Below, in pieces: positions 19,961 through 29,379 of a stretch of 53,701 nucleotides of DNA (its first letter is position 1; each line of letters begins with the position of its first letter). The translations under genes were made by a program, and so were the position numbers. The notes beneath the pieces are model-generated. The model was not told the origin of the DNA. It worked only from the letters and a program-made list of their open reading frames with translations, and ran no database searches. Source of the stretch: a bacterium (GTDB taxonomy: Bacteria; SZUA-182; DTGQ01; JAFGSM01); NCBI GenBank assembly GCA_049472315.1, contig JBLIRN010000020.1:1-53701 (forward strand), read 5' to 3'.

Positions 19961-19973
19961 AATCAACAAATTA
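19961..19973. promoter_or_regulatory. IHF-binding consensus site
   Basis: AATCAACAAATTA = WATCAANNNNTTR with an adjacent A/T tract, about 50 bp upstream of the sigma-54 box. Confidence 0.6.
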
Positions 19974-20100
19974 TGTTTGGGGATGCTGTGAAAAAAATAT
20001 TATTTAGGGGTGTATTTGTGAAGATACAATCATGGTATGAAATAAAATACACATTTTATTAAAATATGTAGCAAATTTCCGTTCCTTTTATCGCGTATTA

Positions 20101-21225
20101 TCAAGGGGTTTTGGCCTTTAACAACGACAGCTCGGTCCTTGAGTATTCATACTCGGCGAGGGCATCGATCCCCATGGATCTGCACTCCGTCAAATATTCG
20201 ATGCCCTTTGACGTATTCCCTTGCCATATGCGTTTCAGGCCTGCGTAGTAAAGCGCCTGACATCGATGGATCGGATTGAGTTTTCCCTGGGCGAAGAGAT
20301 CCTCCTCGGAAATATTCCCTGCATAGAACTGAAGCAAGGAAAGGTCCCATCTTACGGGCATGGCGAGTTTCTCCGATACGGACGCTATGGCCTTTTGCAT
20401 GAGTGGAGGGACCTCGCTCGCCTTGCCTGCCTTACCCAGGCTCACCGCCATGAAGAGATAGGTATAGGGATCGGACGGGTTGAGTTTGAGGGCCTTGTCA
20501 TACTGTGCGAGGGCACGGTCGTATTGTGCGTCGAATTCATATGCCTTGCCCAGCTTGCGCAGGATATGGAAGTTGTTGGGGTCGCGGTCGAGTCCCTGTC
20601 TCAGGATGGTGATGGCTTGAGGGATGTCCTTTGTATCGATAAGGTATGCCTCGCCAAGGTTGAGATAGTTTATGGGATTGTCCGGTTCGAGGCTGAGTAT
20701 CTTCTTGAGGGTTTCCAAGGCCTTGTCGTAGTTTTTCTGAAGCCGGTATATCCACCAGAGGTTTCTGTAGGCAACAGTGAGTTCGGGCTTCAGCCGGATC
20801 GCCTCGAGTGTTTCCTGGAGTGCAAGATCATAGTCCTTCTTTCTCAGCGCATAGCTCCAGCCCAAATTGAGGTGCGCCTCAGCCAGGTCGGGGTCCAGGT
20901 TGAGCGCCTTGCGGTACTCCTCGATCGCCTCGTTCACCTTCCCCAATTTGGAGTAATGCTCACCCATCTTATAGTGTTCCAGCGCCTCCTTTTGTTTCTC
21001 CTCCTCCTGTGCCCTTGCCATCGCATCAACGGGGGGGGCGGCAGGCTGCCTGGAAGAGTAATCGATGCTTGCCATTGCCCCTCCGGCACAACACAGAATC
21101 ATGATAAGGGAGAACGCCGCACAGAGGGCCATCAATGCGGTATCGTGGACGAATGGGCGATGCCCCTTTTGTTTCATGAGCGGCACCCCCTGACGCTGTT
21201 TGATCGGGTATACACCATTATTCAT
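20101..21225 (-). CDS. Exported TPR protein with NlpI-like C-terminus
   Basis: Several TPRs (EAIEEYRKALNLDP.LAEAHLNLG); C-terminal CQALYYAG...EYEYSRTEL; hydrophobic N-terminus; ATGA overlap with aor, true start may be downstream. Confidence 0.8.
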   Translation of the reverse strand: MNNGVYPIKQRQGVPLMKQKGHRPFVHDTALMALCAAFSLIMILCCAGGAMASIDYSSRQPAAPPVDAMARAQEEEKQKEALEHYKMGEHYSKLGKVNEAIEEYRKALNLDPDLAEAHLNLGWSYALRKKDYDLALQETLEAIRLKPELTVAYRNLWWIYRLQKNYDKALETLKKILSLEPDNPINYLNLGEAYLIDTKDIPQAITILRQGLDRDPNNFHILRKLGKAYEFDAQYDRALAQYDKALKLNPSDPYTYLFMAVSLGKAGKASEVPPLMQKAIASVSEKLAMPVRWDLSLLQFYAGNISEEDLFAQGKLNPIHRCQALYYAGLKRIWQGNTSKGIEYLTECRSMGIDALAEYEYSRTELSLLKAKTP

Positions 21226-23078
21226 TTCCCCTTTTTTGCGGTTTTGCGAGGGAAGACGGGGTCCTTGAACAGGGCCGCCGTCTTCTCGGAAGGGATGCCG
21301 TTGGCGTCCCAGCCCCTCTTATTATAGTAGATTTCCAGCATCCTTTCATATTCCTTGCGGTCCATCTTTTTGCCGCTGTACTTTCCCGAGCGTATCGGGC
21401 TCGTAAACGCCCTCTCAGGGGGGTAATCGTCTTTGCGGGAGATGCCCAGACGGGTGTTGATGAGACGGGTCAGGTCGTATATGTCCCTGGATCTGGCAAG
21501 GAGGTCGTCCAGGCTGAGATCGAGACCGGTGGTTGCCTGAAAGAACCGTTCGTAATACCGTTCCGCAAATCCGAGCTCGATCCAGGGAAGCCGGCACACC
21601 CCCAGCATATCGAAAAGCGGCCTGATGGTCTGGTGGTAGATCACCAGGTCGGCCTTTTCCTCCAGCCCCCATCCGGAACCCATCTCCATTTCCTTGGCAA
21701 TGGTCCACGCCCTGGTATGGTGCGCACCGATGTCGGAGGTGCCATAGGCAAGTGCCATGGATGAGGCAATCCTCGCCTCGTAGGCGGACTGCTCGAGTCC
21801 CTTTGTCTGTGAAAGCACGGGCTTGAGCTGCGGCCATGTCGCGAGCACCTTCTTTGATCCGTCGGCCAGGATCGCCCCGATGCCCTCCCTGTGGGCAATC
21901 ATGTCGATCATCTCCAATATCCGATCCTCATCCCCCCATTGAATGGGTGAGGAGCCCAATTCCTTGTCGGTGAGCAGGCCTGTCTGGGATGCCTCGATAA
22001 CGGCGGCGATCAGATTCCCGGTGGAAATGGTGTCGATGCCGTAATCGTCGCACAGGTGATTCCCCTTGATGATAAAGGAAAGATTCCCCACGCCGATGTT
22101 CGAGCCGAGCATACAGGCGGTCTCATATTCAGGCCCTTCGCATACCGTGCCCTTGTATCGGCCTTCCTTTACCAGGCAGATGTTGCCGCAGGCCATGGGG
22201 CAGGAAAAGCAGGCGGTGTCCCCGATCTTGAAGTGATCCTCCATCATGTATCCATTGATCTTTTCGGCATCGGCAAAGCAGGTGTCGGTAAAGTTATAGG
22301 ATGGGAGTGCATCGTGCACCCGCAGGTAGTCGATGACCGTCATGAGACCCTGCTGTTGCCAGAGATCGAAGTAGGGATGGACCCTCAACGAGGAAAACGC
22401 CTCCTGAGAGATCTCGTACAGCAGATTGATGTCCGCGACCGGGAGGTCCTTGGTGCCCCGGACGGCTATGGCCTTGATGTTCTTCGATCCGAGGACCGCA
22501 CCCATTCCCGTTCGCCCTGCATTGCGGCTCCAGTCGCAGTTGATGGTGGCAAAACGCACCAGGTTCTCGCCTGCAAGGCCGATGGCTGCGATTTTTACAC
22601 AGGGGTCGCCCAATTCACCCTTGATCTGTCCCTCTGCCGCAAGGGTATTCTTTCCCTTGAGATCAGGGCAGGGAACGATCTCCACGGCATCGTCGTCGAT
22701 CCACAGGTAGGAAAGCTCCTTTGCCTTGCCCACCAGGCAGATTGCATCATATCCCGCCTGACGGATCTCGACCCCGAAACTTCCTCCCATGCTGCTGTCA
22801 CCATAGATGCCCGTGGCGGGTGAAAGGGACACAAAGGAGGTCTTGCCTGAGGCGGGAAGAAACAATCCGGTCAACGGCCCGGGGGCGATGGTGATGACGT
22901 TGTCGGGGGACAGGGGATCGATTCCTTGCTTCAAATGGTCCCAGAGGACCTTGGCGCCGAATCCCCTCCCTCCGATATACCGGATCGCGAAGTCGTCATC
23001 GAAATCACGAACGGTGCTCGTGCCTGCGGAAAGATCTATGTACAGGATCCTGTGGTGGTAGCCGCCCTTAGTCTTCAT
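21222..23078 (-). CDS. aor: Aldehyde ferredoxin oxidoreductase (tungstopterin AOR family)
   Basis: YIGGRG, SP.TG..GDSS.GG, AGR.GMGAVLGSKN.KAI, C..C...C, EGPEYET, CD.YG.DTIS.G; start ATG 23078. Confidence 0.95.
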   Translation of the reverse strand: MKTKGGYHHRILYIDLSAGTSTVRDFDDDFAIRYIGGRGFGAKVLWDHLKQGIDPLSPDNVITIAPGPLTGLFLPASGKTSFVSLSPATGIYGDSSMGGSFGVEIRQAGYDAICLVGKAKELSYLWIDDDAVEIVPCPDLKGKNTLAAEGQIKGELGDPCVKIAAIGLAGENLVRFATINCDWSRNAGRTGMGAVLGSKNIKAIAVRGTKDLPVADINLLYEISQEAFSSLRVHPYFDLWQQQGLMTVIDYLRVHDALPSYNFTDTCFADAEKINGYMMEDHFKIGDTACFSCPMACGNICLVKEGRYKGTVCEGPEYETACMLGSNIGVGNLSFIIKGNHLCDDYGIDTISTGNLIAAVIEASQTGLLTDKELGSSPIQWGDEDRILEMIDMIAHREGIGAILADGSKKVLATWPQLKPVLSQTKGLEQSAYEARIASSMALAYGTSDIGAHHTRAWTIAKEMEMGSGWGLEEKADLVIYHQTIRPLFDMLGVCRLPWIELGFAERYYERFFQATTGLDLSLDDLLARSRDIYDLTRLINTRLGISRKDDYPPERAFTSPIRSGKYSGKKMDRKEYERMLEIYYNKRGWDANGIPSEKTAALFKDPVFPRKTAKKGK

Positions 23079-23607
23079 TTCGTCTCCTCTCGATTTCCGC
23101 ATATTTGATGATCTTCCGCTCCCCCTTTTCCTCATACTCCACCTCTTTCATGTGAACATATTTGAGGAGGTTCGCCATGCGTTGCGGTTGCCCCAGCATA
23201 TGCTCGGGGATAAAGAGGATGGCCTTTTTAGGGCATGCCTTGACACACGCGGGATCCCCGCCGCAGAGGTCGCACTTGAAGGGGGTTCTGACATCATCGT
23301 GGACAAAGATGCAGCCGAAGGGACATGCTGTCACACATTTGGTACAGGCGATGCATTTCTCCTGATTGATTTCCACCACCCCGTTGTTCTTGGTGATGGC
23401 CTTCATGGGGCAGTTGTCCATGCATTTGGGTTCACCGCACTGATTGCATACCACCGGCATCCTGATAACCGGATGGGGGTAGACAACCATCACCCTGATG
23501 GCGCTTTTCTTGGGATTATTGACGGAAAAGTGTTTTATGGCGCACACAAGCTCGCAGATCCTGCATCCCGAGCATCGTTCGGCAATAACGGTCAGCTTCT
23601 TTTTCAT
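23068..23607 (-). CDS. 4Fe-4S dicluster ferredoxin-like subunit associated with AOR
   Basis: CSGCRICELVC, CNQC..P.C...CP, CIACTKCVTACP, KCDLC....ACVKACP; overlaps the aor start. Confidence 0.93.
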   Translation of the reverse strand: MKKKLTVIAERCSGCRICELVCAIKHFSVNNPKKSAIRVMVVYPHPVIRMPVVCNQCGEPKCMDNCPMKAITKNNGVVEINQEKCIACTKCVTACPFGCIFVHDDVRTPFKCDLCGGDPACVKACPKKAILFIPEHMLGQPQRMANLLKYVHMKEVEYEEKGERKIIKYAEIERRRNED

Positions 23608-24060
23608 GGGTACTCCGTTGTCTGTGGTGCGTGAGACGATCCGCTCTCTTCCGTGAATTGCCCTCTATCGCGCGAAAGGGGGTACAACCAAACGTGTCAG
23701 GCGGAGCGCAGCGCAGCACTATGTTGGTCTTCGTCGTTACCTTTACCTATAAGGATCGCCGTGAGGCTCAAAATACCTTAATATATATAAATTTACCATA
23801 CATTATCGGATAGTATCAAGGGAATGCATGCATTCGGTCAATCAATTTTGATGCGACATCATACTGAGCAGACATGTTGTATGTCTTCCCACGTCCATGA
23901 CGTAGAGGTTTGTGATTAACATTGCCGTCGTATATCGCGTCATCATACCTCTACTATCGGATAAAGCATGGCACATGATTCCCATCCGCCGGTGAACGGA
24001 AACAGAATTCGAAACCGGTAATTGTTCAGTATTGAGCGGTTATGATCTATCGCGTGATCT

Positions 24061-24076
24061 TGGCACTGTATTTGCT
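24061..24076 (+). promoter_or_regulatory. sigma-54 -24/-12 promoter
   Basis: TGGCAC-TGTAT-TTGCT, exact consensus, 47 bp upstream of ATG 24123. Confidence 0.8.
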
Positions 24077-24122
24077 TATAGAGTACTGGAATATCTGAAA
24101 TTCATTCCAGGGGGGGAGTACA

Positions 24123-27100
24123 ATGCCTTACAGAACGATTCTTGTGCATGCGGTACTGAACCTGTTCCTTGTTATCCTTTTTGTTGGAATATGTCCGTTG
24201 AACCCGGCCGGAGCCGATCAGGTGGGTGAGCTGATATGCGGGAGCGAGCGCGATCAACAGGCCCCGGCGATCGCATTTGCCGACGAGGACAGTTATCTCA
24301 TCGTATGGCAGGATTTCCGGACTGGAAGCTCATTCGACCTCTATGGTGCCGGTGCGTATGACGGAGAGGCGTTTGGCCCCTTCCCGATATGCACCGTCTC
24401 CCGGGACCAGAAGGAGCCGGCCGTGGCATGGGACGGGGTGCATTACGTTGTGGTATGGCAGGACAACCGGGGGGGGAATTTCTATGATATCTATGGGGTT
24501 CGTATTGCCTTGAGCGGGGCACTCCTGGATGGAACCGCGAGTTCCGGCGGCATACGCATCTGCGTCGCCCCCAAGGATCAGCTCCATCCCGATCTGGTGT
24601 GGAATGACAAGGACTATTTTCTGGTGGTGTGGGAGGATTATAGAAGCGGCGAGGCCGATATCTACGGAACGAGGATGGACAGGGATTTGATGATCTATGA
24701 TGGCCCTGCCGAGGATGGCGGCCTGGTGCTCTGCCAGAAGGCAGGCGAGCAAAAGGCCCCGTCGGTGGCATGGAACGGCAGCCATTACCTGGTGGTATGG
24801 GAGGACCATGCCTCAGCCCAGGAAACGGATATACGGGGGTTACGGGTCTCGTCGGTCGGCAATATCCTGGATGACGTGTGGGGGGGAGGCATTGCCATAA
24901 GCCAGGGGCAGGATATGCAGCTCAATCCGGATGTCGCATCGGATGGCGAGGGATTCCTGGTGGTTTGGGACAAACACGCCCCCGACCAGCTCTATCCGGA
25001 CATCTACGGGATCACGGTGTCAAAGGAGGGACAGGTGAACCAGGGTGACCCCGTGGCCATCAGCACGGCGAAATGGAATCAGGTGAATCCCGCGGTCTTC
25101 TGGACGGAAAACAACTATGTATGCCTGTGGAAGGATGACCGGGATGGAATGGTGGATGTCTATTGGACGAGGGTGAACCGGACCGGTGGGCTTCTCAACG
25201 GTAACGCCACGGATGGGGGGATCGCCATCAACAGTCCGCTGGCATCCTGCATTTACACCCCTCCCGGCGGCGCCTTTTTCCATGCAAAGGGTATGGTGGC
25301 GTGGGAGGAAAATTACACCGGCCAATTGGACCTCTATGCCCTGGATTTGATCCCGCCGGTTCCGCCCATGATCGAGTGGGCCGGAGAGGAAGGGTATGAA
25401 TCTGATGGGGTCGATCCCGACAAGGGATTTGGGGGCATGGCATTCACCTTCAGGGTACGGTATATAGACAACGAGGGCACTCCCCCGCAGACCGCCCAGG
25501 TCTGGGTGGACCTGAACGGCGATGGGGCCTTCTCGTTCCCTGGTGATCGAAAGGTCGACATGGCCCTCGCCCCTGAGGAGACAGACCCGAATTACGCAGC
25601 AGGGGCCGTATTCCAGTGCCAGTCGGCGATCGATTACATGGGGGAAGGCACGGTCGCCTACCGCTTCTTTTTCAAGGACGATATCGACGAGGCAACCGGT
25701 CCTCCCGCTGCCCCCTCCTCCGTCACCGTGGAAAACAACCAACCGGTTCTCTCCTGGTGCAAAAAGAACGGATACTACACCGACGGGGTGGATCCCAACC
25801 AGGCAGAGGGGAGCTATACCTTTGTGTTCAGGATTAATTACCGGGACGCGGAAGGGGACCTCCCGGAGGTCGGTGAGGTATGGGTCGATCTTGACGACAG
25901 CGGAACCTATGAACAGCGGGAGCGTTTCGTGATGGCGGAGGAGGATCAGAACGCTATCACCACAGGTCGCAACTTCAAGAAGAATATCAAGATCCTCTAT
26001 GTCGGGGACGGCATCATACAGTACCGGTTTCTGTTTACCGATGGGTTTCACCTGGCGGTTGGTGATCCCAACCAGGGCGATCCTACCAAGAATCATGCAC
26101 TTACTGTTTTGCCCCACCTCATGGCCCCGATACTCTCCTGGCCGGTGGATGAGGAATTCCAGGATGGATTCAAACAGGGATCCGGCGATGAGGAAAATCT
26201 CTTTATCTTCAAGGTGGGCTATCGCGACCCGGACAATGATCCGCCCATCACGCGGCAGGTGTGGCTGGACCTGAACGGCGACGGTTTATACAAGGAAGAC
26301 GAACGATTCAACATGTCTGCAGAGAATTCACTGGATATGGATTTTACCACGGTCAACCTCTATACCCTCCAGAAGGTCATTTCCTATTCCGGGGAGGGGG
26401 AGATGATCTATAAGTTCGTGTTCGATGACGGGTGTAACATCGCCACCGGGGATCCCTTCCTGGCGGGGGGGATGATCATGGTCCAATCCCCGATAAGCCT
26501 GAGATGGCTTATCTCCGAAGGATTTGTCGATGACGGGGTGGACCCCGACGAAGGTCCGCCGGGCACCTCCTTTGAGTTCAAGGTGGTATACATGAATCAG
26601 TATGGATACCCCCCAAATGTCAAGGAGGTCTGGCTGGACGAAGATCTGGATGGGGAGTTTGAGGATGATGAACGGTATGTCATGCAGGATGCGAACCCTG
26701 CGGATATGGATTATGTCGATGGAAAGGAATACATACGGGCCGTCTCCTATAACGGCACAGAGATCGGATTCATCCCCTACAGATTTGTGTTCAGCGATAT
26801 CTACATGTCCGCAACCGGCCCCCCGTCCCAGGAGGGCCTGGGTATCCTGATCCTCCCGGGCAGCGCGGGTGACGGCCAGCAAGGCACCGTTGACGGGGAT
26901 CAAACCACCTGGGAGGGGATCGATATGAAGGGGGCCACCTGTTTTATCCACACCCTCCGGTGCGAAGCCCCTGTTGCCGTCCGCCATATGACCGAAATGG
27001 AAAGGATCAGGAGGAACCCGGACCTGTCATACATCGGGATCTGGTTTATGGTGCTTAAATGCGGTCTCCTCACCCTGTTGATTATGGCACTGATTTGTTT

Positions 27101-27158
27101 TGCCATGTTCGGCTACAGCATGCTCAGGGGCAGTTCATCCATGCAGCACAGACTGTGA
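24123..27158 (+). CDS. Large exported protein: YLVVW.D propeller-like repeats, four ~125-aa acidic repeats, C-terminal CFI motif plus TM
   Basis: Signal peptide (PAGA); Q..P.VAW.G..YLVVW.D repeats; DGVDP..G...F.F...Y...P...VW.D..DG repeats; ATCFI followed by a hydrophobic helix. Confidence 0.85.
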   Translation: MPYRTILVHAVLNLFLVILFVGICPLNPAGADQVGELICGSERDQQAPAIAFADEDSYLIVWQDFRTGSSFDLYGAGAYDGEAFGPFPICTVSRDQKEPAVAWDGVHYVVVWQDNRGGNFYDIYGVRIALSGALLDGTASSGGIRICVAPKDQLHPDLVWNDKDYFLVVWEDYRSGEADIYGTRMDRDLMIYDGPAEDGGLVLCQKAGEQKAPSVAWNGSHYLVVWEDHASAQETDIRGLRVSSVGNILDDVWGGGIAISQGQDMQLNPDVASDGEGFLVVWDKHAPDQLYPDIYGITVSKEGQVNQGDPVAISTAKWNQVNPAVFWTENNYVCLWKDDRDGMVDVYWTRVNRTGGLLNGNATDGGIAINSPLASCIYTPPGGAFFHAKGMVAWEENYTGQLDLYALDLIPPVPPMIEWAGEEGYESDGVDPDKGFGGMAFTFRVRYIDNEGTPPQTAQVWVDLNGDGAFSFPGDRKVDMALAPEETDPNYAAGAVFQCQSAIDYMGEGTVAYRFFFKDDIDEATGPPAAPSSVTVENNQPVLSWCKKNGYYTDGVDPNQAEGSYTFVFRINYRDAEGDLPEVGEVWVDLDDSGTYEQRERFVMAEEDQNAITTGRNFKKNIKILYVGDGIIQYRFLFTDGFHLAVGDPNQGDPTKNHALTVLPHLMAPILSWPVDEEFQDGFKQGSGDEENLFIFKVGYRDPDNDPPITRQVWLDLNGDGLYKEDERFNMSAENSLDMDFTTVNLYTLQKVISYSGEGEMIYKFVFDDGCNIATGDPFLAGGMIMVQSPISLRWLISEGFVDDGVDPDEGPPGTSFEFKVVYMNQYGYPPNVKEVWLDEDLDGEFEDDERYVMQDANPADMDYVDGKEYIRAVSYNGTEIGFIPYRFVFSDIYMSATGPPSQEGLGILILPGSAGDGQQGTVDGDQTTWEGIDMKGATCFIHTLRCEAPVAVRHMTEMERIRRNPDLSYIGIWFMVLKCGLLTLLIMALICFAMFGYSMLRGSSSMQHRL

Positions 27159-27418
27159 AAGAAAGGCATGGATGACCCTCCCTTCCTATACGATTGTGGT
27201 GCAGGAGAGGGTTCGTCCCCTTCCGGCACGCCATTGAACAATCGTAATACCTTTTTCAGCACGTCAGCCATGTCCATGAGAGCTGCGTAAATATGCAAAT
27301 AGATATACATAAACTGGGAAATATGCAATAAAATGCATAATAAGATATTTTTTGCATATATTTCCCTGTACGACATCATGGGAAATGGGCGATCGGGGCG
27401 GTCCGCATGGGCCGGCCC

Positions 27419-27434
27419 TGGTATATATCTTGCT
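27419..27434 (+). promoter_or_regulatory. sigma-54-like -24/-12 promoter
   Basis: TGGTAT-ATATC-TTGCT with correct spacing, 47 bp upstream of the TTG start. Confidence 0.7.
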
Positions 27435-27480
27435 GAACATTGAGTTGGAATTTTATCTTTAAAAAGAAAAAGGGGGGACA

Positions 27481-29241
27481 TTGCCGGTGCGCACCATTCA
27501 ACCGGGTATCACGTGGCTGCCCTGGGCATTGATTGTCTGGATGGCGATCCTGGGGAACGGTACCGCATGGTCTCAGTCCGCGGGATCGTCGCCACCGGTG
27601 GTTGCATCCCAGGAACTCCTGGTGCGGTATCGTTCCGAGGCCGGCTATTCCGATATTGTCAACACCTATCGTACCCTGGGCCTCAATGAGCTCTCCTATA
27701 GCCCCTACAACGGGTTCAGAAGGGTTCAGGTCCCCGCGGGGGTGTCCGTGTACACGGCTGCGGCGAGTTTGAACCAGAACCCGGCTGTTGCCTTTGCAGA
27801 GCCGAATTATCTCAGGGTGCTCCATTTTGTTCCCAACGATCCCCTCTACCAGTACCAGTGGCACCTGTGCACGCCGATGATGGAATGGGCATGGGATATC
27901 TCCCGGGGCAAAAACGTGATCGTCGCCGTCGTTGATTCCGGGGTTGCCTGCAGGACGGGTGATGGATATATACAGGCGCCCGATCTTGCGGAAACCGTTT
28001 TTTTGCCCGGATATGATTTCGTCAACGACGACCCCTATCCGGATGACGACAATCGTCATGGCACCCACATAGCAGGGACCATTGCCCAGAGTACCAACAA
28101 CCTGGTGGGAGGGGCAGGGGTGGCACCGGCATGCGCCATCCTCCCGGTGAAGGTGCTGGATGATACAGGGTATGGCGATGTTGCCACCATCGTGGATGGT
28201 ATCTACTATGCGGTCAACAACGGGGCGCAGATTATCAATATGAGCCTGGGCGGCTCCAGGCCGGGCAAGGGCCCCCGCAATAAGTCGGCCGCCGAGGAAG
28301 ATGCGATCAACTACGCCGTTTCACAGGGAGTGACGGTCATCTGTTCCGCTGGCAATGAATCAACCAGTCTGCCGAGCTACCCCGCAGCCTATGAGGCCAC
28401 CATCTGTGTGAGTGCCGCAAAATACGATCAGTCATTTGCCGATGCCTATTCAAACTATGGCCCTGATGTGGATGTGTGCGCCCCCGGAGGGGATCTCAAC
28501 GAGGATGTGAACGATGACGGATACCCCGACGGTATCTATCAGCAGACCCATGACGGTAAAAACTATACGAAATTCGATTTCTACTTTGCTGAGGGTACGT
28601 CCAGCGCAGCGGCGTATGTATCGGGGGTGGCGGCCCTGATCGTGGGATGCGCCGGTCGCATCCTCACCCCGGATGAAATACGCGATATCCTGCACACCAC
28701 CGCAATCGATCTGGGTGACCCGGGGTGGGATCAATATTTCGGCTGGGGTCTGGTCAATCCGCTGGCTGCGGTACAGGCCGCCGCCGCACCGGCCACGGAG
28801 GGCATTGTTCTCCGCACCCCGCTGCGCCTTCAGAATCCATTTACTGCCTATCTCCAGGCCCTGTCCTCTTCGCTTCCGGCTCAGGGCGGCAGGGTAACGT
28901 TTCAGGCAAACGCACGTTTTGCCCCTCTGGGTCAGATTGTCACCGGGCGCCAACCGGCTCAGGTCTCATTGCAGAATACCCTGCTTCCGACGAATTACAC
29001 ATTCCTCAATCCATCACTGTCAGGTCTCGGATCACAGTACGCTTCGTTCCTCTACACCTCCTTCCCGGCATATCAACGGACCGGCGGCTTATACCCTCAG
29101 GCAAGCAGCCTGATCCCCTACCAGCGATCAACAGAGGCGGGCTTTATCCCGGCGCAGGGTAATTTTCCGTCACCGCTGATCAATGGGTATCCGTCCCTCT
29201 TCACCCCCTCGCTTATCATGGCATTCCTGCTGGGCATGTAG
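27481..29241 (+). CDS. S8 subtilisin-family serine protease with low-complexity C-terminal tail
   Basis: VVDSG, HGTHIAG, AGN, EGTSSAA; prodomain ending AEPNY..PNDP; signal peptide (AWS); Ser/Pro/Leu/aromatic-rich tail. Confidence 0.92.
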   Translation: MPVRTIQPGITWLPWALIVWMAILGNGTAWSQSAGSSPPVVASQELLVRYRSEAGYSDIVNTYRTLGLNELSYSPYNGFRRVQVPAGVSVYTAAASLNQNPAVAFAEPNYLRVLHFVPNDPLYQYQWHLCTPMMEWAWDISRGKNVIVAVVDSGVACRTGDGYIQAPDLAETVFLPGYDFVNDDPYPDDDNRHGTHIAGTIAQSTNNLVGGAGVAPACAILPVKVLDDTGYGDVATIVDGIYYAVNNGAQIINMSLGGSRPGKGPRNKSAAEEDAINYAVSQGVTVICSAGNESTSLPSYPAAYEATICVSAAKYDQSFADAYSNYGPDVDVCAPGGDLNEDVNDDGYPDGIYQQTHDGKNYTKFDFYFAEGTSSAAAYVSGVAALIVGCAGRILTPDEIRDILHTTAIDLGDPGWDQYFGWGLVNPLAAVQAAAAPATEGIVLRTPLRLQNPFTAYLQALSSSLPAQGGRVTFQANARFAPLGQIVTGRQPAQVSLQNTLLPTNYTFLNPSLSGLGSQYASFLYTSFPAYQRTGGLYPQASSLIPYQRSTEAGFIPAQGNFPSPLINGYPSLFTPSLIMAFLLGM

Positions 29242-29379
29242 AAAACCACCCTTCCCGTGACGTATGTCGGGGGGGACTACGCTACTAATGCTGCCTTTCA
29301 AAATACCGCTAATGGAAATAGAGAGGGTGATTCATGGGGACATGGTAGGAGTGAGTGGTGTTCTTGTTCCACATTCGGA

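Noticed and set aside
23610..23790. Moco/Wco riboswitch upstream of the AOR operon
   Set aside because: Context is plausible but I could not identify the conserved motifs; cmscan would be needed.
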